64,000 bases of DNA, from contig DATGIO010000222.1 of NCBI GenBank assembly GCA_035295685.1, forward strand, positions 11,606 to 75,605, read 5' to 3'. The stretch comes from Candidatus Angelobacter sp. (GTDB lineage: Bacteria; Acidobacteriota; Terriglobia; Terriglobales; Acidobacteriaceae). The position numbers and the translations under genes are program-made. Of the stretch, positions 18,225-27,224 are shown piece after piece. The notes beneath the pieces are model-generated. The model was not told the DNA's origin and ran no database searches. It saw only the letters and a list, made by a program, of their open reading frames with translations. Numbering within the stretch: position 1 is the stretch's first letter; each line of letters opens with the position of its first letter.

Positions 18225-19475
18225 ATGCTCAAACGCGCAGTCGTGACAGGTATGGGCGTTATCAGCCCAAACGGAATCGGTAAGACAGCGTTTTGCCGCG
18301 CCATTCTCGCAGGCAATAGCGGAGTGAAGCCCATTACGCGCTTCGATACCTCGGAGCTTCCCGTAAAGATCGCCGGTGAGGTCCAGGATTTCAACGAATT
18401 TGATTGGATCGACGAGCGGGAGCGCAAGCATGTATCGCGCGTGGTGCCCCTGAGCATCGCAGCATCCTCCGAAGCGCTCACGGATGCGGGTATCGATCCG
18501 CAAAGGCTCTCCATGGAAGAAAAACGGGAGATCGGCGTGGTCCTGGGAACGGGAGGCGGCGCGCAGGAGTTCTCCGAATTGCAGTATCAGCTCTACTACA
18601 CGGGCAAGGCCAAACAGATCAGCCTGTTTAGCGTTCCGAGCGGCACGATGGGGACGATTTCCAGCGAAATCAGCATGCGATTTGGCTTTCGCGGCATGAG
18701 CCATGTGATTACGACGGGCTGCACATCGTCAACAGACGCGATGGCGTATGCGCTGCGGCAGATTCAACTTGGCATCCAGCCAGTGATGCTGGTGGGAGGA
18801 GCCGACGCGCCACTGGCATTCGGCATCCTGAAGGGATTTACGTTCATGAAGATCATGACGGAATCCTGGAACGACGAGCCGTCACGAGGGTCGCGTCCCT
18901 TCAACCTCGACCGCGACGGGTTTGTGGTGGCAGAGGGCGCGTGGATGTTTGTGGTGGAAGAGTATGAGCGGGCACGGGCGCGAGGAGCACGTATTTATGC
19001 CGAAATCGCCGGATACGGCTCAACCTGCGAAGCCTTTCACCGGGTGCGTCTGGAAGAGTGCGGGGAAGAACCGGCGCGCGCGATTCAGCTTGCCATGAAA
19101 GAAGCTCGCATCTGCTCGAAAGACGTTCACTACGTAAATCTGCACGGCACTTCCACTCAATTGAACGACCGAATCGAGACCCGCGCTCTCAAACTGGCGC
19201 TGGGTGAGCACGCTTACAACGTGCCGATGTCCGCGTTGAAGTCGCAGATCGGCCATCCGCAAGGAGCGTGTGGAGCGGCAGGCATTGCCGCCACGATTGT
19301 CGCGATGCAACACAGCCTGCTCCCGCCGACCATCAATATCGAGAAGCCAGACCCCGATTGCGACCTCGATTACATTCCTCAAGCAGGACGCAGAGCAGAG
19401 ATTGAGCAGGCGGTGTGCAACTGCATTGCATTCGGTTCAAAGAACTCGGCGCTGGTGTTGAGGAAGGTGAATTAG
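18225..19475 (+). CDS. fabF: Beta-ketoacyl-ACP synthase (KAS I/II family), stand-alone
   Basis: MLKRAVVTGMGVISPNGIG is followed by the active-site Cys in ITTGCTSSTDAM and the His residues in NLHGTSTQ and QIGHPQGACG. No other fab genes lie nearby, so the fabF symbol is by family only. Confidence 0.8.
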   Translation: MLKRAVVTGMGVISPNGIGKTAFCRAILAGNSGVKPITRFDTSELPVKIAGEVQDFNEFDWIDERERKHVSRVVPLSIAASSEALTDAGIDPQRLSMEEKREIGVVLGTGGGAQEFSELQYQLYYTGKAKQISLFSVPSGTMGTISSEISMRFGFRGMSHVITTGCTSSTDAMAYALRQIQLGIQPVMLVGGADAPLAFGILKGFTFMKIMTESWNDEPSRGSRPFNLDRDGFVVAEGAWMFVVEEYERARARGARIYAEIAGYGSTCEAFHRVRLEECGEEPARAIQLAMKEARICSKDVHYVNLHGTSTQLNDRIETRALKLALGEHAYNVPMSALKSQIGHPQGACGAAGIAATIVAMQHSLLPPTINIEKPDPDCDLDYIPQAGRRAEIEQAVCNCIAFGSKNSALVLRKVN

Positions 19476-19770
19476 CACTCAGCGGTCAGCCTGTCAGCAA
19501 TCAGTAAAAGCAAAATCGCCTGCGGCGCTACCACAGAGGACACAGAGGAAAAGATAGAGGTCACAGAGGGAGCATCTAGCAAGTTGCCATCAACACTCAG
19601 CAATCGGTAGAAACAAGGGCAAAAACACAGAGGGCGTAGAGGTAAAACCAAACCTCCTGTAGCGCTCTCGCTGAGTACACAAGAGGAAAAACCAAAGTGG
19701 GCAGGGGGGAGCATATGGCAAGTTGCATCAGCAGCGAGAAACAGCCATCTCTCAGCCTGTCAGAATCCCC
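19476..19770 (+). repeat. Family A composite (TCAGC-rich module plus CACAGAGG module, followed by a degenerate second copy)
   Basis: CACTCAGCGGTCAGCCTGTCAGCAATCAGT...CCTGCGGCGCTACCACAGAGGACACAGAGGAAAAGATAGAGGTCACAGAGGGAGCAT begins directly after the fabF-like stop. A decayed second copy covers 19591..19770. Confidence 0.85.
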
Positions 19771-19917
19771 AAAAACAAGTGCAAACCAAACCTTCACTAT
19801 AGATGTGTAGTTTCCGTCTCTTCCCTGTTTGTTTCTTGTAGTAGAACGCACCTAACGCCACACGCCAGCCATTTCGTCCCGATTCAGCTCTTCAATCATA
19901 GTTGCTTTATCAACTAA

Positions 19918-19970
19918 CCCACCCTTGCTGCCGAGCGCAAGAAACCAAGAACGCGCGCTCCACAGGATAG
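19918..19970 (+). repeat. Family C element, core only and degenerate
   Basis: The sequence is CCCACCCTTGCTGCCGAGCGCAAGAAACCAAGAACGCGCGCTCCACAGGATAG. Confidence 0.7.
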
Positions 19971-20295
19971 ACATCCTCACTGGATGGCATGCGCGTTTGT
20001 GAGTGATCTTGAGTGATATTGTCACTCCGATCTAGAAGACCTTTGGACTGGTTTGCGCATCGGCAACCGCCTTCGTAGCATCTCTTACGCGCATCACCCG
20101 CGTTTGGACGCGATCCAAAAGCCAGTCGCTGTGTGCGTTTGTGAACAGGCAGTTCCAAAAGCGAACAGCAAACTTGCCAAATTTGGCCGCCGCCGGGGCC
20201 GTTTGGCCTTTGGCCTCAACACGTTGCTGGATGGATTGCTGGCTATCGAATTGCCAATCTTAGGGTATTCACTTTTCAATTCGGGGGGAGCCACC

Positions 20296-22731
20296 GTGGA
20301 AAGCCTGTTTCAGGATGTTCGCTATGCCGTGAGAACGTTACTGCGCACTCCAGGGTTTGCCGCGGTGGCTGTCTTAACGATTGCCTTGGGGATCGGCGCC
20401 AACAGCACTATTTTCAGTTGGGTGAACTCAACGCTTTTGCACCCATTGCCCGGTGTGGGGAACACAGAGGGATTGGTCGCCCTTACGCGAGCGGGAAAGG
20501 CGCTGCCTGATCTGGTTTTCTCCTATCCGGATTATGAAGACCTGCGGACAAGGGCAAAGAGTTTTGCCGGATTGGCCGCCTACAAAGGCTCACGGGTAAG
20601 CCTGACCAGCACAGGCAAGGCGGAGAGCGTGTGGGTGCTCTTCACTTCCGCGAACTATTTCGATGTCTTGGACGCCCCACCGATGTTGGGCCGCGGATTC
20701 ACTTCCAAAGAAGACGGACCGAACAGCGATCCGGTGGCGGTGATCAGCTACAACCTATGGCAGACGCATTTTGGCGGCAACCAATCGGTTATCGGACAGA
20801 CGATCCATATCAATCAACATCCATATTCCATCGTGGGAGTAACGCCTCCGCGCTTTCAGGGAAGCCAGACCGGACTGAGTTACGACCTATGGATTCCGAT
20901 GGAAATGGGGACGCAGCTTTCCTCCTACGATCCGGTACACCAGCGCGAAGTTGAGAGCGTGCTTTTATTCGGCCGTCTTAAGCCGAGCACGCCAATCCAA
21001 CAAGCCGAAGAAGAGACCAAGCTGGCGATGACGCAGATCGCCGAACAATATCCAGGAGCACATCAAGGCAAGACCATCGCGCCCACGCTTGAGCCCATCT
21101 GGCGCTCCTCTTCGGGGGGCAACCGGCTGCTGATGGTATTGCTGCCCATGCTCATGGCAATTGCCGGCATTGTGCTGCTGCTGGCGTGCGCCAACGTGGC
21201 AAACCTGCTGCTCGTGCGGTCCATTGGCCGCAGGCGGGAGATGGCAATTCGCCTCTCGATTGGGGCGAGCCGGTGGCGGCTGATACGGCAGCATCTGGTG
21301 GAGAGCATGGTCGTCGCACTCACCGGCGGGGCGGTTGCGCTGCTGTTTACTCTTTGGACTTCCGGCAGCCTGGCGAAATTCATCCCCCAAACGAACGCAC
21401 CGATCTCGCTGATTGTCAGGACCGACCGCACTGTCCTGCTCGCGACCTTCGGCATCTCCATTTTCGCAGCCATGGTTTTTGGCATCCTGCCCGCGCTTCG
21501 ATCCTCAAACCTTACACCCATCGCCGTGCTGAAGGACGAAACCGGCGGCGCATCGGGCGGACTCCGCAAGGCCCGTTTAGCGAGCGGCTTGGTGGCCGCG
21601 CAGCTCTCGCTTTCGCTGCTGCTGCTGGTTTGCGCAGGACTCTTTATCCGCAGCTTTCAGAAGGCACAGCACTTCGATCCGGGTTTCAACCCGAACCACG
21701 TGCTTCTGGCTTGCTACGATCTTCACGGAGCCGGGTACGGCCAATCCGAGGGGTTGGAATTCAACCGCAAGGTTCTGGCCAAACTAGAATCGCTGCCGGG
21801 TGTTCAGGCCGTTACGATGTCCAATTGGGTTCCCCTGAGCTTCACTTGGAATTCGGATCGGGTTTCGCCGGAAGGCTATACTCCGCAGTCGCACGAGCAG
21901 ATGTCCGCAGCCAGCTTCACGGTGACACCCGGCTATTTCCGCGCACTGCAAATTCCCCTTTCTTCCGGGCGCGATTTTTCGACAGCCGACACCAAAAGCT
22001 CCGAGCCTGTGGTCGTAGTGAACCAGGAGCTCGCCGACCGTTATTGGCCCCACCAAGATGCCATCGGCAAGAAGATCGGAATCGGAACCTTGCAGTCCCG
22101 CGTGATCGGCGTTACTCGGAACAGTAATATCGGCGGCTTGAACGAGGCACCACAGCCGGCCCTCTATCAATCGGAGTTTCAGCAACATTCATCCTTCGTT
22201 ACCCTCAACGTCCGGGTTGCGGGCGATCCGATGGCTTTCGCTCCGACCGTGGAGAAAGCCGTGCAGGAACTCAACCCCAACCTGCCGGTATTCGATGTGA
22301 GAACCCTGCAATCGCAGGTGCAACTGGTGAGCATGACAGAGCGAATCGCAGGGGCTTTTGTAGGCTCATTCGGGCTACTGGCGCTGATTCTGGCGGCAGT
22401 GGGGATCTACGGCGTTATTGCCTACACAACGCGGCAGCGGACACGCGAGATCGGCATCAGAATCGCCCTGGGCGCTCGGCGCGTGGAGGTTTTGCGGCTG
22501 GTGCTCGGCCAGGGGCTTCGGCTGACTGCCATCGGCTTGGCAGTGGGACTCGTGCTCTCGGTGACGCTGACCCGCTTCCTGACCAAGTTGCTCTTTGGAG
22601 TCGCGCCAACCGACTTGCCGACGTTTCTCTTGGTGGCAGCCGTGTTGTCTTTGGTGGCGTTGGCGGCCTGCTTCCTTCCCGCGCAGCGGGCTACGCGAGT
22701 CGATCCGATGGTGGTGTTGCGGTACGAGTGA
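20296..22731 (+). CDS. ADOP-family duplicated MacB/FtsX-type ABC permease
   Basis: The ORF is 20053..22731. I start it at GTG 20296 (GGGGGAG 5 nt upstream) because family members begin like VESLFQDVRYAVRTLLRTPGFAAVAVLTIALGIGANS. It contains two MacB periplasmic/FtsX modules. No ATPase or PadR gene is adjacent. Confidence 0.85.
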   Translation: MESLFQDVRYAVRTLLRTPGFAAVAVLTIALGIGANSTIFSWVNSTLLHPLPGVGNTEGLVALTRAGKALPDLVFSYPDYEDLRTRAKSFAGLAAYKGSRVSLTSTGKAESVWVLFTSANYFDVLDAPPMLGRGFTSKEDGPNSDPVAVISYNLWQTHFGGNQSVIGQTIHINQHPYSIVGVTPPRFQGSQTGLSYDLWIPMEMGTQLSSYDPVHQREVESVLLFGRLKPSTPIQQAEEETKLAMTQIAEQYPGAHQGKTIAPTLEPIWRSSSGGNRLLMVLLPMLMAIAGIVLLLACANVANLLLVRSIGRRREMAIRLSIGASRWRLIRQHLVESMVVALTGGAVALLFTLWTSGSLAKFIPQTNAPISLIVRTDRTVLLATFGISIFAAMVFGILPALRSSNLTPIAVLKDETGGASGGLRKARLASGLVAAQLSLSLLLLVCAGLFIRSFQKAQHFDPGFNPNHVLLACYDLHGAGYGQSEGLEFNRKVLAKLESLPGVQAVTMSNWVPLSFTWNSDRVSPEGYTPQSHEQMSAASFTVTPGYFRALQIPLSSGRDFSTADTKSSEPVVVVNQELADRYWPHQDAIGKKIGIGTLQSRVIGVTRNSNIGGLNEAPQPALYQSEFQQHSSFVTLNVRVAGDPMAFAPTVEKAVQELNPNLPVFDVRTLQSQVQLVSMTERIAGAFVGSFGLLALILAAVGIYGVIAYTTRQRTREIGIRIALGARRVEVLRLVLGQGLRLTAIGLAVGLVLSVTLTRFLTKLLFGVAPTDLPTFLLVAAVLSLVALAACFLPAQRATRVDPMVVLRYE

Positions 22732-22740
22732 AGGGGGATA

Positions 22741-22935
22741 GAACCAAGACCCTGCCTGCGGCGCTACCACTGAGGACACAGAGGAAAAGACCAGAGGTCA
22801 CAGAGGGGAGCATATAACCAGCTATCAGCGATTAGAAGCGCTCAGCACTCAGCCTGTCAGCAATCAGTAGAACCAAGATCCGCCTGTGGCACTGCCGCTT
22901 GAGGGTCCAGAGGAAAGACCAGAGGTCACAGCACC
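22741..22935 (+). repeat. Family A, two tandem units
   Basis: Unit 1 is GAACCAAGACCCTGCCTGCGGCGCTACCACTGAGGACACAGAGGAAAAGACCAGAGGTCACAGAGGGGAGCAT. A TCAGC-rich linker follows. Unit 2 is GAACCAAGATCCGCCTGTGGCACTGCCGCTTGAGGGTCCAGAGGAAAGACCAGAGGTCACAG. Confidence 0.85.
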
Positions 22936-22940
22936 CTAAA

Positions 22941-23001
22941 CCCACCCTTTGCTCCGAGCGCAAAAATCAAGAGCGCGCTCTCCGCAAAGGATGGGGCACC
23001 C
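22941..23001 (+). repeat. Family C element, core
   Basis: The sequence is CCCACCCTTTGCTCCGAGCGCAAAAATCAAGAGCGCGCTCTCCGCAAAGGATGGGGCACCC. The arms CCACCCTTTGCTCCGAGCGC and GCGCGCTCTCCGCAAAGGATGG form an imperfect ~20-bp inverted repeat. Confidence 0.85.
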
Positions 23002-23011
23002 AAACCTTTCT

Positions 23012-23093
23012 CCCACCTTAACTTTTCTTGCACCCTAACTTTTCACACCCTACATCTAGTGGACCCTAGCTTTCGTGTACTTTCGCTTTCGTA
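23012..23093 (+). repeat. Degenerate ~16-nt tandem array (CACCyTAAC core) following a family C element
   Basis: The units are CCCACCTTAACTTTTCTT / GCACCCTAACTTTTCA / CACCCTACATCTAGTG / GACCCTAGCTTTCGTG / TACTTTCGCTTTCGTA. The core resembles the units at 14359..14406. Confidence 0.6.
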
Positions 23094-23113
23094 GGGGTTT
23101 ATGAATTGACCTG

Positions 23114-23167
23114 GCAATATGGGCTAATCTAACAATATGGGCTAACCCAGCAATATAAGCTAAGCCA
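23114..23167 (+). repeat. 18-nt tandem array x3 overlapping the stop codon of the ABM gene
   Basis: The units are GCAATATGGGCTAATCTA / ACAATATGGGCTAACCCA / GCAATATAAGCTAAGCCA. On the minus strand they read LLA*LI / LLG*PI / LLD*PI, so each unit carries an in-frame TAG. Confidence 0.8.
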
Positions 23168-23447
23168 GCAAGTTGTAAAAATCGCGGGTGCGTTTTTCCA
23201 CCAGGCCGTCCAGTCCTCCGGAGACATATTGCTTGAAGTGGGCGGAATTGCGATGTGCGTCCAGGGCGGCGGCGTCCACGTACTGCTCATAAATCAGAAA
23301 TTTGCGCGAGTCTTCGGTGCTCTGGTGGCCGATATACATCACGCATCCCGCTTCTTTGCGGCTATGCTCCTGAAGAAGGCCTATGTATTCCTTGCACTTC
23401 TCTTCCGTACCGGGCTTTACGATCATGTCGACTTTCAAAACCAACAT
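23160..23447 (-). CDS. Antibiotic-biosynthesis-monooxygenase (ABM) domain protein
   Basis: The product is 95 aa. The segments VKPGTEEKCKEYIGLLQEHSRKEAGCVMYIGHQSTEDSRKFLIYEQYVDAAALDAHRNSAHFKQY show the ferredoxin-like ABM/YgiN pattern. Confidence 0.7.
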   Translation of the reverse strand: MLVLKVDMIVKPGTEEKCKEYIGLLQEHSRKEAGCVMYIGHQSTEDSRKFLIYEQYVDAAALDAHRNSAHFKQYVSGGLDGLVEKRTRDFYNLLA

Positions 23448-23526
23448 TGAATGAACCTCACAAAAAGACGATGAATGACGCTACCAATTTTACGATTTCG
23501 TCACCGCGGGTTAACCTTTATATGCG

Positions 23527-24567
23527 ATGCTGCCCTTTAAACTGATTTACAGCGACGACTACTATCTGCCGTTGGGAGCCCATGTTTTTCCCGCCGAGAA
23601 GTATCGCTTGATTTACAAGCGCTTGCTCGAAACAGGCTTTGCCACGCCGGAGGATTTTCTTACACCGGCAGAGGCAGATGACGCAGACGTACTGCTGGTC
23701 CACACTCCCGAGTACGTGCACAAGTTGAAGACCGGGACGCTTTCCGCGGTGGAAGAGGCACAGATGGAGGTCCCCTATTCTTCGGAGCTGGTGAGGGCTT
23801 TTTGGCTGGCAGCGGGAGGCTCGATCCTGGCGGCGGACTTGGCACTCAAGGAAGGCGTTTGCGCCAATATCGGAGGAGGATTTCATCACGCTTATCCAGA
23901 CCACGGAGAGGGGTTTTGCGTGGTCCACGATGTTGCGGTCGGCATCAAGCGCATGCACAAAGACGGGAGGCTCCGGCGGGCGATGACCGTGGATTGCGAC
24001 GTTCATGATGGCAATGGCACGGCGGCGATCTTTCCGCCCAAGACCCGTACGGCCCAGCCGCTGCCGAGCGCAGGCGGCATCCAGCAGAATTTGCGAGGCG
24101 CGATTGCGCAGCTTCGCGACAGCAGCCCGGGAGAGCTGGAAGTCTTCACCATATCGCTGCACCAGTCGAACAACTATCCCATGGTGAAACCGCCTTCTTC
24201 CATCGATGTGCATCTACCGGACGGAACCGACGACGAACAGTATCTTGGCTGGCTGGACCAAGCCTTAAGTTCGGCTTTCCGCCAGTTTAAGCCGGAGTTA
24301 CTTTGCTATATTGCGGGAGCCGATCCTTACAAAGAAGACCAACTGGGGGGATTGTCGCTTTCCATTGAGGGCCTGAAACGCCGCGACGAACTTGTGATGC
24401 GCGCCGCGAAATCCCAGGGCGTGCCGGTCATGATTACCTATGCGGGAGGATATGCCCGGCGCGTGGAAGACACGGTTACCATCCACTGCAATACCCTGGC
24501 GGCAGCTAAAGAGATTTTTTTCACGGAAATAAATAGCGACCTTTGGAGGTTTGTATCGTCTAAGTAG
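23527..24567 (+). CDS. Histone deacetylase-family (AcuC/APAH-like) deacetylase
   Basis: It carries GGGFHHAYPDHGEGFCVVHDVAV, DCDVHDGNGTAAIF, ISLHQ and GADPY motifs. An extra ~30 aa lies between GNGT and SLH (see findings). Confidence 0.85.
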   Translation: MLPFKLIYSDDYYLPLGAHVFPAEKYRLIYKRLLETGFATPEDFLTPAEADDADVLLVHTPEYVHKLKTGTLSAVEEAQMEVPYSSELVRAFWLAAGGSILAADLALKEGVCANIGGGFHHAYPDHGEGFCVVHDVAVGIKRMHKDGRLRRAMTVDCDVHDGNGTAAIFPPKTRTAQPLPSAGGIQQNLRGAIAQLRDSSPGELEVFTISLHQSNNYPMVKPPSSIDVHLPDGTDDEQYLGWLDQALSSAFRQFKPELLCYIAGADPYKEDQLGGLSLSIEGLKRRDELVMRAAKSQGVPVMITYAGGYARRVEDTVTIHCNTLAAAKEIFFTEINSDLWRFVSSK

Positions 24568-24589
24568 CATTTGCGATGGGGGCTCACGC

Positions 24590-25363
24590 ATGCAGATCCA
24601 ATTGATTCGCCATGCCACACTTAGAATTGAGTACGCAGACTATCATCTGCTCCTGGACCCAATGCTAGGGGATGCGGGCACTGCTCCTCCGATTCGAAAT
24701 TCACCCCAACCGCGCCCCAATCCGCTCGTGCCACTGCCTGAACCGGCCGAGCAGGTCGTGAAAGGCATTCAGGCAGTGCTGGTTACGCACACTCACGCCG
24801 ATCATTGGGATGGCGCCGCGGCCAACATCATTCCCAAAGACGTGCCGATCTTCTGCCAGCCGGAAGACTTAAGCAAGATGGAGGCGGCAGATTTTACCCA
24901 TGCCGTTTCCATGGCGAGGCCGCAAACCTGGAACGATATCCGGATTAGCCCAACGGGCGCGCAGCATGGCACGGGAGACATTGGAAAGGCCATGGCTCCG
25001 GTGATCGGTTTTGTGCTGCAGCACCCGGAAGAGCCGACTCTTTACGTAGCGGGCGATACCGTGTGGTGCCAGGAGGTGGCCGTTGCGATCGAGCAGTTTT
25101 CGCCGGACGTAATCGTGGTGAACGCGGGTGGAGCCAGATTTCTTCAGGGCGATCCCATTACCATGACCGCCGAAGACACGATTCAGGTATGCCGGGCTGC
25201 GCCGGGCGCGCAGGTTGTGGCGGTTCACATGGAGGCTATCAATCACTGCCTGGTAACGCGCAAAGAGTTGGCACAAAAGGCATTGGACGCAGGAGTGGTT
25301 GTCGCTATTCCCGAAGATCATGAACTTCTGCTGGGGTTTGAACGGCTACGCAGCCACGCCTAA
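24590..25363 (+). CDS. MBL-fold metallo-hydrolase
   Basis: I start at ATG 24590 (MQIQLIRHATLRIEY...). The HTHADHWD (HxHxDH) motif is present. The 3' end overlaps the convergent zf-UBP gene by 18 nt. Confidence 0.75.
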   Translation: MQIQLIRHATLRIEYADYHLLLDPMLGDAGTAPPIRNSPQPRPNPLVPLPEPAEQVVKGIQAVLVTHTHADHWDGAAANIIPKDVPIFCQPEDLSKMEAADFTHAVSMARPQTWNDIRISPTGAQHGTGDIGKAMAPVIGFVLQHPEEPTLYVAGDTVWCQEVAVAIEQFSPDVIVVNAGGARFLQGDPITMTAEDTIQVCRAAPGAQVVAVHMEAINHCLVTRKELAQKALDAGVVVAIPEDHELLLGFERLRSHA

Positions 25364-25621
25364 GTCTCCCATGAGTTCATCGACATAGCACCAGGTCCAG
25401 GTTTCCTCGGGTTCAATCGAGCGAATCATGGGGTGCTTGGTGTGATGAAAGTGCTTGGTGGCGTGCTTGTTCTTGGATGAATCGCAGCACCCAACGTGGC
25501 CACACTCCATACAAAGGCGCAGATGAACCCATGAATCACCGGTCTTGATGCATTCCTGGCATACGTCGATCTCGGTTTCCTTGATCTTGACCTTCTTCAT
25601 ATGCGTGCATTGTTTGGACAT
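25346..25621 (-). CDS. UBP-type zinc-finger protein
   Basis: CQECIKTGDSWVHLRLCMECGHVGCCDSSKNKHATKHFHHTKHPMIRS shows the Cys/His spacing of zf-UBP domains. Confidence 0.7.
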   Translation of the reverse strand: MSKQCTHMKKVKIKETEIDVCQECIKTGDSWVHLRLCMECGHVGCCDSSKNKHATKHFHHTKHPMIRSIEPEETWTWCYVDELMGDLGVAA

Positions 25622-25750
25622 GTTCGACGTGCCTCCATTCTTCGGTTACGAACCCGTTTTTCCTGCCTGTCCCATCATCATTTGATGGGAGCGTCAGGCC
25701 TTGAAATGCTCTTCGCAAATCCACGATGCGGATTGAGCGGAAATTCCTTT

Positions 25751-25865
25751 GCCGTGCCTCTGGCACTCGGTTCCTAGTCGTACCTGTACCCACGGCTTCG
25801 CTACGCTTCGCCATGGCCTCCACTGTTGTCGCGCCTCCGGCGCTTGGGGCATTCAAAAGGAAACG
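25751..25865 (+). repeat. Family D element
   Basis: The sequence is GCCGTGCCTCTGGCACTCGG...CCCACGGCTTCGCTACGCTTCGCCATGGCC...CGCGCCTCCGGCGCTTGGGGCATTCAAAAGGAAACG. Confidence 0.9.
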
Positions 25866-26055
25866 TGTGCGTCCACCCTTTAGATTTTAAAGCGTCTTTC
25901 ATACGTAGTGTATGCCGCTTCCCTAGTGCATGCCGCTTCGTAAAAACGATGGGAACGGACAGGAAAACATCTCCCGCTTTTTTTGCAGGCCTGGATGTGG
26001 TCTATACCACGCTCAGAAATGTTTTAATCCCAGCCATCATCACCTGCTCTCTAAT

Positions 26056-27012
26056 TTAAGCCGCACCGGATACCGGCTCGAGAGGCGCTTCCAGTTCTTC
26101 GCGGTCCCAATGGCCCGCGGTTGCGCCGGCTTCATAGGTACTCTGGAGAAATTCCAGAAGAGCCGCACTAGGTGAGCTGCTACGCCGAATATCGTCGTAC
26201 ATGAGAAGAAATTCTCCCAAGCCTTGCGCATAGCTGGCCGCAGCCGGACGAACCTTCTGCTTCGAAAATCCCTGTGGCTCAGGGGCGGCATAGCAATAGT
26301 AAGCCATGTCCTTTACATCGCCGCTTCCCGGCCAAAGCCCGGCGCTAATCACTTCGTGCGAGTAGGCTTCACGCATGATTTTGCGAAGGACCGGATCGGG
26401 ATCGTTGCGCGCAGGCGCACGGCGTCCGGAAAACCGGGTTACGGCCAGATCAAAGCTGCCCCAGAAGAAATGCACCGGACTGGATTTGCCCACAAAACCC
26501 GACCGGAACTGTTTGAATACGGCATCGGTGGAAAGAAGAATCTTCCAGAACTTGCCGACCGCCACCGCATCGTAGGACGCATGTTGACGATCCTGGTCAA
26601 AAGGAATCGGATCGGCAATCTCGACCGGCATCTTCCAGATCTTCACTTCAAGAGCCAGGTCGCGCAATGTTGCCATCAGTTCCCGGTAAAAATCGGCAAC
26701 CGATTTCGGAGCCAGCTTGATGGTTTTCGCGGCGCCATCGCTCACGCGAATCACGAGCTGATGGTCGATAAAATCAAATTCGATTTCAAAGGCGCGAGCC
26801 CCATAAGGCATGGGCGAGGTGGTCAGCCCGCGCGAGCTTACATACAAGGTGACGTTCCACCAGTGGTTGACCGGCGGAGAAAGGGCCAGGCGCACCTTGC
26901 CCACAATCTGTGTCCACATGTGGAGCGTTGCACAGGTATCCTTCCATGAATCGAGATGCAATTCAGGCCAGCATTCAGGCGCATCGGAAACGGTCTTGCT
27001 GACAGCATTCAT
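26056..27012 (-). CDS. DUF5996 family protein
   Basis: The ORF is 26056..27150. I prefer ATG 27012 (AGGAG 9 nt upstream). WPELHLDSWKDTCATLHMWTQIVGKVRLALSPPVNHWWNVTLYVSSRGLTTSPMPYG...SPVHFFWGSFDLAVTRFSGR matches the DUF5996 pattern as I remember it. Confidence 0.65.
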   Translation of the reverse strand: MNAVSKTVSDAPECWPELHLDSWKDTCATLHMWTQIVGKVRLALSPPVNHWWNVTLYVSSRGLTTSPMPYGARAFEIEFDFIDHQLVIRVSDGAAKTIKLAPKSVADFYRELMATLRDLALEVKIWKMPVEIADPIPFDQDRQHASYDAVAVGKFWKILLSTDAVFKQFRSGFVGKSSPVHFFWGSFDLAVTRFSGRRAPARNDPDPVLRKIMREAYSHEVISAGLWPGSGDVKDMAYYCYAAPEPQGFSKQKVRPAAASYAQGLGEFLLMYDDIRRSSSPSAALLEFLQSTYEAGATAGHWDREELEAPLEPVSGAA

Positions 27013-27224
27013 CGTTTGCCGCTCCTTTGGAATATCTGAAAATACCGCTCGATAAGTATGATAGGCGGGCGGGGCATCCGGTTGTAAAGTCATCCGGTTG
27101 TAAAAGATGTTCCTAACGAAAAGGACCAGTGCGTTTGGCAAGCATCCCATCCGTGCGTGGAAATTGAGGCTGTTACAATAAGGTATCCCGCCTGCCCGTT
27201 CTTTTCGCGCGGGTTTTCATTTTT

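Noticed and set aside
20053-20295. 81-codon N-terminal extension of the ADOP permease ORF, or a PadR remnant
   Set aside because: Family members start at the ...LFQDVRYAVR... motif, which here follows GTG 20296 with a strong RBS. I translated all frames of 20040..20295 and saw nothing resembling a PadR winged helix.
21186-22127. 313-aa alternative-frame ORF inside the ADOP gene, and likewise 37445..38329 inside the MFS gene
   Set aside because: These are same-strand, out-of-frame ORFs with extreme Arg/Pro/Gly content, which makes them frame artefacts of GC-rich coding DNA.
25766-25785. TGGCAC inside family D elements as a sigma-54 -24 box
   Set aside because: The required TTGCW at the -12 position, 5 nt downstream, is absent in all three copies.
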